A DNA stretch of 60,660 nucleotides, from IMG/VR virus record IMGVR_UViG_3300032046_000026, positions 1 to 60,660 of that record; one strand, given 5' to 3'. Position 1 is the stretch's first letter. The number at the start of each line of letters is the position of its first letter. Source of the DNA: a virus. Taxonomy: Duplodnaviria; Caudoviricetes. Made by a program: the position numbers and the translations under genes. Shown in pieces: positions 8,422 to 16,455 of the stretch. The notes under the pieces were generated by a model. It saw only the letters and a program-made list of their open reading frames with translations, did not search any database and was not told where the DNA came from.

Positions 8422-9024
8422 TTAGGCTGTGTGCTCGGCTGGCGCCCGCCGCACCGGCGCCTTGCGCTTGGTCGACGGGGGCGGCCCCAGGTTGGCCCGC
8501 CTGGCCTTGCGCGGCTTGTTGGCGTCGCGGCCGGCAGCGATGGCTTCCAGCCGCGCCGTGGCGTTCACCCGCGCCTTGCGGGCTGGCTTCTCGGGGGCCA
8601 GGCCCCCAGCCGGCGCGTCCTTGGAAGGCCCCATGGGGTCAACCATCACCGGCTCGAAACCCGCTTTGCCCTCGCCCGCGTGGCCTTTGTGGCACTCGGT
8701 TGCCTGCTTTTCGGTCTTGTAGATCGAGCCGCAGGCGGTGCAGCGGAACCGTTGCACCAGGCCGTTGCCGTTCTTCTTCGGCCGGCCGCCCTTGAGCGGG
8801 GCCTTGCCGGCCAGGGAGAAGAACGTCCAGCCGTTGCGCACGCTGCCGGTTGCAGCTGCAGCCGCCGACAGCGACTTGAACCGCTCGCCGGACTTAGGCC
8901 CGTCCAACGCCTCGAACACCATGGTGCCGTCGCCGTTGGCCGCTATGGCGCGAACGTGGTAGGTGGTGCCTTTGTGCGAGCCTTCCAGTTCGTCGCCGAC
9001 TTTGATCGTGCCCTTCTCGATCAT
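8422..9024 (-). CDS. RAMA (DUF4357-like) domain protein with C2H2-like Zn finger and basic tail
   Basis: IKVGDEL...FKSLSAAAAA...RNGWTFF; FRCTACGSIY...ECHKGH. Confidence 0.7.
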   Translation of the reverse strand: MIEKGTIKVGDELEGSHKGTTYHVRAIAANGDGTMVFEALDGPKSGERFKSLSAAAAATGSVRNGWTFFSLAGKAPLKGGRPKKNGNGLVQRFRCTACGSIYKTEKQATECHKGHAGEGKAGFEPVMVDPMGPSKDAPAGGLAPEKPARKARVNATARLEAIAAGRDANKPRKARRANLGPPPSTKRKAPVRRAPAEHTA

Positions 9025-9045
9025 GTCGTCCTCCTTCTGCGTCGA

Positions 9046-9094
9046 TACGGGGGCAGGCCCGCGCCTGCGCCCGTAAGGGGGCAGAAGGCCCCCT
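9046..9094 (-). repeat. Intergenic twin-hairpin element, copy 1
   Basis: AGGGGGC-CTTCT-GCCCCCT followed by TACGGGCGCAGGC-GCGG-GCCTGCCCCCGTA. Confidence 0.6.
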
Positions 9095-9099
9095 GCTGG

Positions 9100-9525
9100 T
9101 TATGCCTCCTCCGGTGGCCCCTGCTCGTCGCTGGCCGTCACCGTTTCCGAGGCGGCGCACTCGTCGCACGTAACGGTCACGTCCACTTCCACGCCGTAGA
9201 AGTGCCGCTGGTAGCGCGGGTTCTTGATCGGTTTGCCGTGCCGATCCGTGGTCTGATAGCGGTCGGTGGCCTGCGGATCAGCCGCTTCCAGCGTGTACTC
9301 GGCGTCGCCGGCCTTGCCCGACACGCACTCCTCTTTGTGGTCGAAGTCGGGGTTGCCGGTTGCGGTGTAGCTGGCCGTGGCGGCCGTGTCGCCGCAGCAC
9401 GCGCTGTTGAACGTGGCTTCGATTTCCACGCTCACTTCATCGCCGTCGTACTCCGGTTCGCTGGCCTCGAATTCCGGCTCGTCAAGGCTGCAGAACAGGT
9501 TGCAGCTGGAACACCTGTAGGCCAT
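9100..9525 (-). CDS. Acidic Cys-rich early protein
   Basis: SD AAAGGAG; CSSC, CC and CDEC motifs; D/E-rich. Confidence 0.8.
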   Translation of the reverse strand: MAYRCSSCNLFCSLDEPEFEASEPEYDGDEVSVEIEATFNSACCGDTAATASYTATGNPDFDHKEECVSGKAGDAEYTLEAADPQATDRYQTTDRHGKPIKNPRYQRHFYGVEVDVTVTCDECAASETVTASDEQGPPEEA

Positions 9526-9966
9526 GGTTCGCGCTCCTTTCGGTCGCTTGTTTAACCGTCCGTCCGCCGGCGCTGCCCCGCCGGCGCATGGCAGGTTAAA
9601 GGGTGGCGGCCACCGCTGCCGCCAGGCCCACGTCCAGGGGCAGGAAGCCCCTGTTTCGGCTCCATATGCGATTGTGTGTCCAGGGCCTTCTTGGCATGCA
9701 AAGGCGCCCTGGTGGGCGCCCCGTCCTTCCCTTCTTCGGCCCCTTCGCATTCCCCTGGGCACCTGCCCTGGTCGCTTTCGGCCCCGTTCCTCACCTACCC
9801 CCGCGTCGTGGGCACTTCGGGCTCTCTCGGCATCCCCCGCCGGTTGGGGGCTTGCGCGCCGTGACCGTCTCGGTGGTACTGGCGGGCCTACTTGCTGCGG
9901 CGCTTGTTGGGTCTGGCCTGCGCCTTGCCTCGTGTGGGTTCTATTCGCTCGCCTCCTGGTATGTCG

Positions 9967-9996
9967 ACTCTAACCGCCACGGTTAGAACTTGTCAA
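9967..9996 (-). promoter_or_regulatory. Strong sigma70 promoter with perfect palindromic operator
   Basis: TTGACA-N18-TAGAGT; TCTAACCG-CCA-CGGTTAGA at 9969-9987. Confidence 0.8.
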
Positions 9997-10046
9997 GTCC
10001 GTTCGGCCTCTATTTTCGGCCTTTCGGCGACTATTTTCAAAAAAGA

Positions 10047-10076
10047 TTGCAGTCTGGCCCCGAAATCGCCTATCCT
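10047..10076 (+). promoter_or_regulatory. Divergent sigma70 promoter, leaderless
   Basis: A/T tract, then TTGCAG-N18-TATCCT, 7 nt before ATG 10084. Confidence 0.6.
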
Positions 10077-10083
10077 TTGGGCC

Positions 10084-10620
10084 ATGGCCTATCAAAAGAC
10101 AATGAATCCATGCCCACAATGCGGCCGCCAGAAGCATGCGGCGGCCCACGTTTGCCATCGTTGCCGGCAGACCATCGATCCGTACTACGCCTGCCGATCC
10201 GCCACCTGCCCCCAATGTGGGCGGAAGATGCGCAAGGGGCGTGCTCTCTGTTGGCGTTGCGCCGAAACGGCTGCGCGCAAAGGCCACGGCAAACCAGGGG
10301 CGGCACGCCGGTTGGCCTTCGTCATGCTTCGGGTGCAGGGCCTCTCATACGCCGAGATCGCGTTCAGGGAAGGCATATCGCGACAGCGCGCCCAACAGCT
10401 TTGTGCACCGCCAGCCGAAACCGTTGCCCTAATCAAAGCCAGGGCGGGCGGCTGCTGCGAGATGTGCCGCAAGGTAACGGCGAGGGGCAACACCCACCAC
10501 GTCCATGTCAGGGGATGCGATCCCGCCGTTTACCATGACCCCGCCAATCTTCTCTATTGCTGCATCGGTTGCCATCGGGCCGCCCACGTCGGCGAAGCCT
10601 CTTGGCCGCGCCATCAATAG
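10084..10620 (+). CDS. Zn-ribbon x2 + HTH + HNH endonuclease domain protein
   Basis: Two CPQCGR repeats; GLSYAEIAFREGISRQRAQQ (HTH); CEMC...THHVH...NLLYCCIGCHRAAH (HNH). Confidence 0.8.
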   Translation: MAYQKTMNPCPQCGRQKHAAAHVCHRCRQTIDPYYACRSATCPQCGRKMRKGRALCWRCAETAARKGHGKPGAARRLAFVMLRVQGLSYAEIAFREGISRQRAQQLCAPPAETVALIKARAGGCCEMCRKVTARGNTHHVHVRGCDPAVYHDPANLLYCCIGCHRAAHVGEASWPRHQ

Positions 10621-11255
10621 CCCCAGCAGGCGCGCCAGCCGGCCGAACTTGCGGGGTCGATCTGCGGAATCCAGCAGGCAGCGGCCCAGCCTTGCTCGAA
10701 CGGATCGCGGTAGTCGGCGCCTGGGCGTGCGCACTTGGCCCAGGTATCGTCGCTGAACTGTAGCAGGCCGGCGTGTTCGCCAACGGGGTCAACATTCCAG
10801 TGGGATTCGCAGGGGATAATCACGTTGAGGAGGTGGTCAAGTAGGGCCGGCGGCCCGCCGTTGGCGGTGTAGCCGGCGGTGAAGGCGGCGGCAAGGTCGG
10901 CCGGCCCCAACAGCGGCGGGGTTGCCGCTGGGGCCAGCGCGACGGCAGCAGTTAGCGCCTGCCCAGCAGGCGGATCAACCAGGACAGGGCGCCGGTCAAT
11001 GCCGACGCCGGCCCGACCAAGGTTGGCCTCAAGTGGGGCGCGAAGCGAATAGGCTTGTGCGTTGGTTCCTGGTGCCGGCGCGGGCGGCCCGATAACGCTG
11101 CAAACCACAGCGCCACCGTCAGGCCACAGGCCCCCCAGCCAACCGCGAAGCCCAAACCTGCCGATTCTATGTCCATCTGTGCCTCCGTTCCCGAAAACTA
11201 GCGCCAGCGCCACCATGCCTCCAAGCAGTAGGCGCTGCCGGCGCCGACCGGCTAT
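10614..11255 (-). CDS. Membrane-anchored lytic transglycosylase / Rpf-like muramidase (probable ATA start at 11255; alternative ATG at 11216)
   Basis: IIPCESHWN...AGLLQFSDDTW...EQ...W; N-terminal RRRQR followed by a hydrophobic stretch. Confidence 0.75.
   Translation of the reverse strand: MAGRRRQRLLLGGMVALALVFGNGGTDGHRIGRFGLRGWLGGLWPDGGAVVCSVIGPPAPAPGTNAQAYSLRAPLEANLGRAGVGIDRRPVLVDPPAGQALTAAVALAPAATPPLLGPADLAAAFTAGYTANGGPPALLDHLLNVIIPCESHWNVDPVGEHAGLLQFSDDTWAKCARPGADYRDPFEQGWAAACWIPQIDPASSAGWRACWGY
10952..11176 (-). CDS. Nested alternate-frame small membrane protein
   Basis: SD GGAGG before ATG, TM helix; lies entirely within the transglycosylase ORF. Confidence 0.45.
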   Translation of the reverse strand: MDIESAGLGFAVGWGACGLTVALWFAALSGRPRRHQEPTHKPIRFAPHLRPTLVGPASALTGALSWLIRLLGRR

Positions 11256-11270
11256 TGTCCCTTTCTCCCG

Positions 11271-11564
11271 TTACGGGCGTTCATATCGCCCCCCTTCCTG
11301 TGCTGGTTGGGCGGCCGGATTTGAACCGGCGTCTCCGGCCCCGTGGCCGGTGTCCTCCCGCCTGAACGACTGCCCATCAACCGCGCCCAGGGCGCGGAGA
11401 TCGAGGTACGCACTGAAGGCCGCATGATCCAGCTGGCGCACGCCGGCGTCGCTGATCAGGTGCGCCCATTGTTTGCGCAGCCACACAGCGCGGCCAAGGC
11501 GCCTGGCGAACTCAATCGCCAGCGGCGACGCCTGCGGCTGCCGCTTCCGTCTCCACCCGAACAT
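11271..11564 (-). CDS. Hypothetical protein (3' end overlaps the tRNA-like element)
   Basis: ORF overlapping the end of the MTase gene. Confidence 0.55.
   Translation of the reverse strand: MFGWRRKRQPQASPLAIEFARRLGRAVWLRKQWAHLISDAGVRQLDHAAFSAYLDLRALGAVDGQSFRREDTGHGAGDAGSNPAAQPAQEGGRYERP
11304..11376 (-). tRNA. Degenerate tRNA-like element (pseudo-tRNA)
   Basis: D-arm GTTC/GGAC, anticodon stem CCGGC/GCCGG with a 6-nt loop, T-arm GCCGG-TTCAAAT-CCGGC, 3' ACCA; acceptor 3' strand one nt short. Confidence 0.6.
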
Positions 11565-12066
11565 CTTTCCAACCGAACCCTCTCAGGTAGCGGCGCCCCA
11601 GCTGGTGGGCGCGCCACACCACGATCACGTTGTCGAAGGGCGCGCTGTTGGCCTCGCCCACGAACCTGACGCGCCGATCCAGCATCCACATTTCGGTGCA
11701 GTCCATGACGTGCCGGTGCCACCACCGGCTGGCGCTGTTGTTGGGCAGCAGGGCCGCCACCAGTTCGCAACGGCCGGCCAGCACTTCCTCATGGGCCTTG
11801 GCCGCCCACTTGCCGATCCCGCGCCCGTAGGGTGGGTTCAGGAATACGGTGCCAAACCAGGAGATCGCCAGGCCGTCGCGCAGCAGTTCTTCTTCCTGAT
11901 CGGGGCCGAAGTAGAACTGGGCCTTGACCTTGTCGGCACGGGCGGCTGGGTCAAGTTCGAACCCGTACTGCAGCCCCAGGTCGGCCGCCACGGCCGCCAC
12001 CAGGGCGGGCGGCGTCTCCCATTCCGTCTTGCCGCTGGACTGTTGGCCGTTACGGTTCCTTCCCAT
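11512..12066 (-). CDS. Phage N6-adenine DNA methyltransferase (phage Dam family)
   Basis: EWETPP...LDPAA...DGL..SW...VFLNPPYG. Confidence 0.9.
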   Translation of the reverse strand: MGRNRNGQQSSGKTEWETPPALVAAVAADLGLQYGFELDPAARADKVKAQFYFGPDQEEELLRDGLAISWFGTVFLNPPYGRGIGKWAAKAHEEVLAGRCELVAALLPNNSASRWWHRHVMDCTEMWMLDRRVRFVGEANSAPFDNVIVVWRAHQLGRRYLRGFGWKDVRVETEAAAAGVAAGD

Positions 12067-12883
12067 CGGCCCGCCTTCCCTTCGGCATGGTGCCACCCTT
12101 GGCCATCAACGCTTCCGGCAGCTGGCGCACCCGCAGATCGGGCGGCCAGTATTCCATGTTCCGGCCGGCAAAGTCCACCTCGCGCACGCCTTCATGCTTG
12201 GCCCACCAGGTGCCCATCTGCTTCATGTAGAACGGCACCCCTGCCGTGGCGGATTGGTCGCGGATCACGCGCGCCCACACTTCGGGGTCAAAGGGCCGGC
12301 CGTCAAGGCCACTTTCGCCACCGACCACGATCCAGTCGAGCATCGGCCTGCCGGTTAGACGATGGAGTGGGTTCGGTAGATAACGCGACAGGTCAATCGG
12401 CCCCAGCTGTGGCTCGCATGACAGCCAGTGGTGGCCTGGTGTGCCCAGCAGGATCGGCACCCGCTCGTCGGCGCGGGCCTGGTTTTCCACGCTCACGCCG
12501 ATCCAGACGTTGCTGTAGGCCCCAGGCCAGCCGGCCAGGGCGGGCGGCCCCACCAGCCAGTCGCGCATGCGCTCGGGCCGCTTGGTCAGCAGCAGGAACG
12601 TGTGGCGCTCGGCGGCCAGCATGACGGCGAACACCGCCAGCAAGTGGCTGTCCGGCACGTCGGGGTGGAAAAGGTCGCCCATGAAAGCCGTGGCCACCAC
12701 CAGGGGATCGCGCCAGGCCAGGGGCGCCGTCAGCACCTTGGGGTTGGTCGGGATCTCGACGTGGCCCCATTCCTGGTGGCGCCGCCGTGCCATGCGCTCG
12801 GCCCAGCAATGGGCGCAGCCCTCGGAAACATGCGAACAGCCGGAAACGGGGTTCCAGCTCTTGGGCGCGTATTGGATCGCCAA
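12050..12883 (-). CDS. DUF5131 (phage Gp37/Gp68) radical-SAM-like protein
   Basis: WNPVSGCSHVSEGCAHCWA, MGDLFH, LLTKRPERM, GVSVENQ, SCEP, WIVVGGESG. Confidence 0.92.
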   Translation of the reverse strand: MAIQYAPKSWNPVSGCSHVSEGCAHCWAERMARRRHQEWGHVEIPTNPKVLTAPLAWRDPLVVATAFMGDLFHPDVPDSHLLAVFAVMLAAERHTFLLLTKRPERMRDWLVGPPALAGWPGAYSNVWIGVSVENQARADERVPILLGTPGHHWLSCEPQLGPIDLSRYLPNPLHRLTGRPMLDWIVVGGESGLDGRPFDPEVWARVIRDQSATAGVPFYMKQMGTWWAKHEGVREVDFAGRNMEYWPPDLRVRQLPEALMAKGGTMPKGRRADGKEP

Positions 12884-13017
12884 AGGGTTCCCTCCTCACC
12901 TGAAAGGCTGCCTGAACACCCAGGACAGCCACATGTGCATGCGCCGGCGCAGTCTCCGGTGGCCGGCGATCCTGCCCTTGTTGGTGCCGGCACGGCGGTT
13001 GTGCGCCGTGCCGTCGT

Positions 13018-15159
13018 TCACGACAGGCTGGCCCTTGAACCAGTTGCCGTCTTGGTCACGGTGATCACCTGCGGGAACATTTCCCGCAGGTCGTCTATAT
13101 GGCTGATCACCTGTATCAGCCGAAATTGCTCCTTCACCGTCGCCAGGGCTTCCACCAGGCCCGTCCTGCCATTGCCATCCTGGCTGCCAAAGCCCTCGTC
13201 CACGATCAGCACTTCGCATGGCGCCTGTGCCCTCCTGGCCAGTAACCGCGAAAGGGCGATCCGTATAGCGAAGTCGATCCTGAACCGCTCGCCCCCCGAA
13301 TAATTCTCGTAGGGGCGGGTGCCCTGGGCATCGGCAATGATCACGTCCAGGGTTTCGATCTGCCGCCCCGTTGTCTTGCCGGCGCGCTGCGTCGTCAGTT
13401 CTATGGTCGTCCCGCTGGCCATAAGGGCCAGCAGCCGGTTCGCCTCATCGGTGATCTGCGGCAGGGCCGCGTCGATCAGCATGGCCTGTATCCCGCGCGG
13501 GCCAAAGGTGGCCTCAAGTTGTTCCCACAGGCTGGCGCGTTCGGCCTCGACGGCCCGCGTTTGGCGGGTCTTGTCGGCCTGCGCCCTGGTGCGGGCGGCC
13601 GCTTCCAGCTGCCCTTCAAGGTTGTGCCGGCGGCCCATCTGTTCGTCCAGTTCCGCCTGGCGCGCCTTGGCCTCAGCCTGCCAGGTGGCCACGTTGTCCT
13701 TGGCGTCGCCAGCAGCAGCGCGATCCTGCCGCATCCGGTTGATCAGGACGTTCCGCCGGTTGATTTCGTCAAGCGCGGCCCGCTGCAGTTGGCCCTGTTC
13801 GGCTTGCTGCTGGCGCAGGTTGTCGGCGTTGCGCAGGCGTTCCTCGCCTGCGGCCACGGTGGCCTTTAGGTCGGGCAACGTGCGGGCCGCCGTCTCGGCT
13901 GCCACCAGGGCGGCCGCATCCGGTTGCTCCATGATCGGGATCGCCGCCAGGTCTTGGCGTTCGGCGTCAATGTGCAGTTCCAGCCCATCGATGCGCACCT
14001 GGGTTTCCTGCCGGCGCGCCGCCAGTGTATCGACCATGTGCTGGTGCGCCTCGCCGGCCACCGCCTGGCCGCAGGTGGGGCAGGTTTTCAGATCGGCCGG
14101 CTTTTCCGGCTCGCGGTCAAGGGCCGCCTCGGCCGTGGCCAGGTCTTGCTGCAGCTGGCGCAGGCGGGTGTTGGTGTTCTTGCGCTGCAGTTCGGCCTGC
14201 GTGTAGGCGTCCATCGCCGCCCGCAGGTGGGGCGCCTGGGCGGCCTTGGCGTCGCAATCGACAAGGGCCTGCCGCCTGGTGGCCATCTGCTCGTCGCTGG
14301 GCAGGCTGGCCAGATCGCGGCCGATCTGCAGGATGCGTTCCGCCCGTTCGTCTACTTCCGCCCGCTGCCGCGTGGAGATGTCCAGCAGGCCGGCCAGCTG
14401 GGCGTCGGCGGCCGCCTGTTCCTGCAGCCTGCCCTGCCACGTTGCCACCTGGGCCTCGGCGTCTTCCAGGGCCTTGGTGACGGCCGGTAGGCCCTCGTCT
14501 ATGGCCACCAGCAGCGCGTCAAGGCCCGTGGCGCGCTGCAGTTCTTCGGCTGCGGCTGCCAGCGAGGCGTCGGCGGCCGCAATGTCGGCCTGTGATGCCC
14601 GCAGGCGCTCGTGGGCGAGGCCGGCCCACCCCTGCCAGGCCGTCAGCCCCAGCAGCGACACCAGCACGTCCTTGCGAGCGCCTGGTGCGGCCGTGGTGAA
14701 CTGATCGGCCTGCCCTTGGATCAGGCAGGCGGTGTGGCTGAATGTCTTGTAGTCCATGCCGCAGGCGGCGTTGATCGCCTCCTGGGTTTCGCGGATCGTC
14801 TCCCGCGTCAAGTCCTGAAAGCCGGTGCCGTAGGTGGGGCCGTAAAGCTGGAAGGCCAGGGCGCTCACGCCGGCGCGGCCATCGCGCGGTAGCCGGCGCC
14901 GGCGCACCACACCGTGCAGCTGGCCGCCGGCCTCGAACTCCACCTCCACTTCGCACTCGTCGGCGCCCTGGCGCACCAGGTCGTCGTCGCTGCGGCCGCG
15001 CGCCTCGCCCCACAGGCACCAGGTAAGGGCGTCGACGGCCAGGGCGGACTTGCCGGCGCCGTTCTCGCCGGCAAGGGCCACCAGGTGGCAGCCGGTATAA
15101 TCGATTTCCGTCGCCTCGTGCGACAGAAAGTTGGTCAACCTGATCCGTGTCGGTAACAT
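13018..15159 (-). CDS. sbcC: SbcC/Rad50-like SMC ATPase
   Basis: GENGAGKS, coiled coil with Zn hook CPTCGQ, YSGGE, LIVDEGFGSQD. Confidence 0.93.
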   Translation of the reverse strand: MLPTRIRLTNFLSHEATEIDYTGCHLVALAGENGAGKSALAVDALTWCLWGEARGRSDDDLVRQGADECEVEVEFEAGGQLHGVVRRRRLPRDGRAGVSALAFQLYGPTYGTGFQDLTRETIRETQEAINAACGMDYKTFSHTACLIQGQADQFTTAAPGARKDVLVSLLGLTAWQGWAGLAHERLRASQADIAAADASLAAAAEELQRATGLDALLVAIDEGLPAVTKALEDAEAQVATWQGRLQEQAAADAQLAGLLDISTRQRAEVDERAERILQIGRDLASLPSDEQMATRRQALVDCDAKAAQAPHLRAAMDAYTQAELQRKNTNTRLRQLQQDLATAEAALDREPEKPADLKTCPTCGQAVAGEAHQHMVDTLAARRQETQVRIDGLELHIDAERQDLAAIPIMEQPDAAALVAAETAARTLPDLKATVAAGEERLRNADNLRQQQAEQGQLQRAALDEINRRNVLINRMRQDRAAAGDAKDNVATWQAEAKARQAELDEQMGRRHNLEGQLEAAARTRAQADKTRQTRAVEAERASLWEQLEATFGPRGIQAMLIDAALPQITDEANRLLALMASGTTIELTTQRAGKTTGRQIETLDVIIADAQGTRPYENYSGGERFRIDFAIRIALSRLLARRAQAPCEVLIVDEGFGSQDGNGRTGLVEALATVKEQFRLIQVISHIDDLREMFPQVITVTKTATGSRASLS

Positions 15160-15178
15160 GGGCGCCTCCTTTGCCGGT

Positions 15179-15207
15179 AGTCTAACCGTGGCGGTTATTG
15201 CTGTCCA
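15179..15207 (-). promoter_or_regulatory. Sigma70 promoter with operator
   Basis: TGGACA-N17-TAGACT; TAACCGTGGCGGTTA at 15183-15197. Confidence 0.72.
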
Positions 15208-16448
15208 GCCCCGATAAGCGCCAGCCCTTCATCCTGCAGCCGGCCACGGCGCTGCTCGTCGGGTTCCGATTGCGCCAGGTAGGCGCGCAGGATTTCCGCC
15301 GGCGGTGCGCCGGCCACGTCCGCGCCTTCCCAGCGGCGGTCAGCCTGGGGCGCATTGCGCTCAATGCCGGCCACCCACCAGGCACCGGCGGCGTCAAGGG
15401 CGCGCTCGGCTGCCAGTTGGTCGAAGGCGGCGGCCTGGTCGGCCGTGGCGAAGTCAATCCGGCAGCGCACAACGGCGCCCGCCACATCGTTTTCCCCAAG
15501 GAACAACTGGAAGCCCACGTTGATTGATTCTGCTGGGCATGACGGCACCACGGTGTAGTGCAACGTCTTGAAGGGCCTGTCGTCCAGCAGGTGCGGCACC
15601 AGGCTGGTGCAACGCTGGCCGGCGGGCAGGCTGGGATCGAGTTCAAACGACCAGAACATCTTGTCCTGGCCCTCCTCGCCGAAGTCGATCCGTGCCATGC
15701 TGCCACAGTAGAAGGCCGGCATGGGCGCCTGCAGCACCTTGCCCCAGTGGTAGTGGCCCAGGATCGCCAGGTCGCAGGGCGGCAGATCGGCGCCGGTGAT
15801 GGTCGGCTCGTAGCCCATCGTCATCCACTGTTCGCTGGCGCGGTCGGCGCCGGCGAAAGCCAGGTGGCCCAGGAAAATCGTCGGCCAGGCGTCGTGCACC
15901 ACCAGGCCGCCCAGCAGCGCAATGTCGTGGTGCAGGGCCTCATTGGCGGCCGCGATCAGCTGATCGTAGGGCAGGCCCTCGGCCTCGGCCACCAGGTGCT
16001 TGACGCGCGCCCAGGGCACCGCGATCACCCAGCAGGGCTTGCCACCGGCCAGCTGGATCGCCCGCGTCTCGGGCCGGTTGAAACCGAAGATGCCGTAGTC
16101 GTCGCCGTAGCAGGTGATCGTATCGATCACGTTGGCGCGGCCTGGCGTGCTGTCGCCCTCGTGGTTGCCCTGATCGATCAGCACCACGATGCCGGCGCGC
16201 TGCAGCCGGCGGAACTGCTCAACCACCGGCGCCAGGATGCGCTGCGGCGGGTTGCGGCTCTTGAACAGGTCGCCGGCGAAGGCAAACAGATCGACCGGCT
16301 CCTTGATCGCCCAGTCCACGGCCTGGCCAAAGTTGCGCAGGTAGTCCTGCACGCGGTAGGGGAGGCCATCGGGGTTATCGCCGCCTACGTTGTCGATCCC
16401 TAGGTGCAGGTCGGCGCAGGCGACGCCCTTGATCGTGGTGCTATTCAT
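15195..16448 (-). CDS. sbcD: SbcD/Mre11-like nuclease
   Basis: ADLHLG, FAGDLF, GNHE, LGHYH, YCGS. Confidence 0.93.
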   Translation of the reverse strand: MNSTTIKGVACADLHLGIDNVGGDNPDGLPYRVQDYLRNFGQAVDWAIKEPVDLFAFAGDLFKSRNPPQRILAPVVEQFRRLQRAGIVVLIDQGNHEGDSTPGRANVIDTITCYGDDYGIFGFNRPETRAIQLAGGKPCWVIAVPWARVKHLVAEAEGLPYDQLIAAANEALHHDIALLGGLVVHDAWPTIFLGHLAFAGADRASEQWMTMGYEPTITGADLPPCDLAILGHYHWGKVLQAPMPAFYCGSMARIDFGEEGQDKMFWSFELDPSLPAGQRCTSLVPHLLDDRPFKTLHYTVVPSCPAESINVGFQLFLGENDVAGAVVRCRIDFATADQAAAFDQLAAERALDAAGAWWVAGIERNAPQADRRWEGADVAGAPPAEILRAYLAQSEPDEQRRGRLQDEGLALIGAGQQ

Positions 16449-16455
16449 CGGGGGC

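Noticed and set aside
9760-9800. Possible hammerhead ribozyme (TGAG...CGAAA on the minus strand)
   Set aside because: The CUGANGA core is missing
9969-9987. Palindrome as a parS site or LexA box
   Set aside because: Matches neither the canonical parS (TGTTTCACGTGAAACA) nor the GAAC-N4-GTTC or CTGT-N8-ACAG SOS boxes; its fixed position in promoters fits an operator
12896-13219. 107-aa ORF overlapping the sbcC 3' end
   Set aside because: Mostly off-frame sbcC; at most a 41-aa ORF from GTG 13021 with no supporting motif
7165-16448. Wadjet (JetABCD) system from Toprim + SMC
   Set aside because: The SMC has a Rad50 Zn hook and an SbcD partner, is not adjacent to the Toprim gene, and no kleisin/KITE genes were seen
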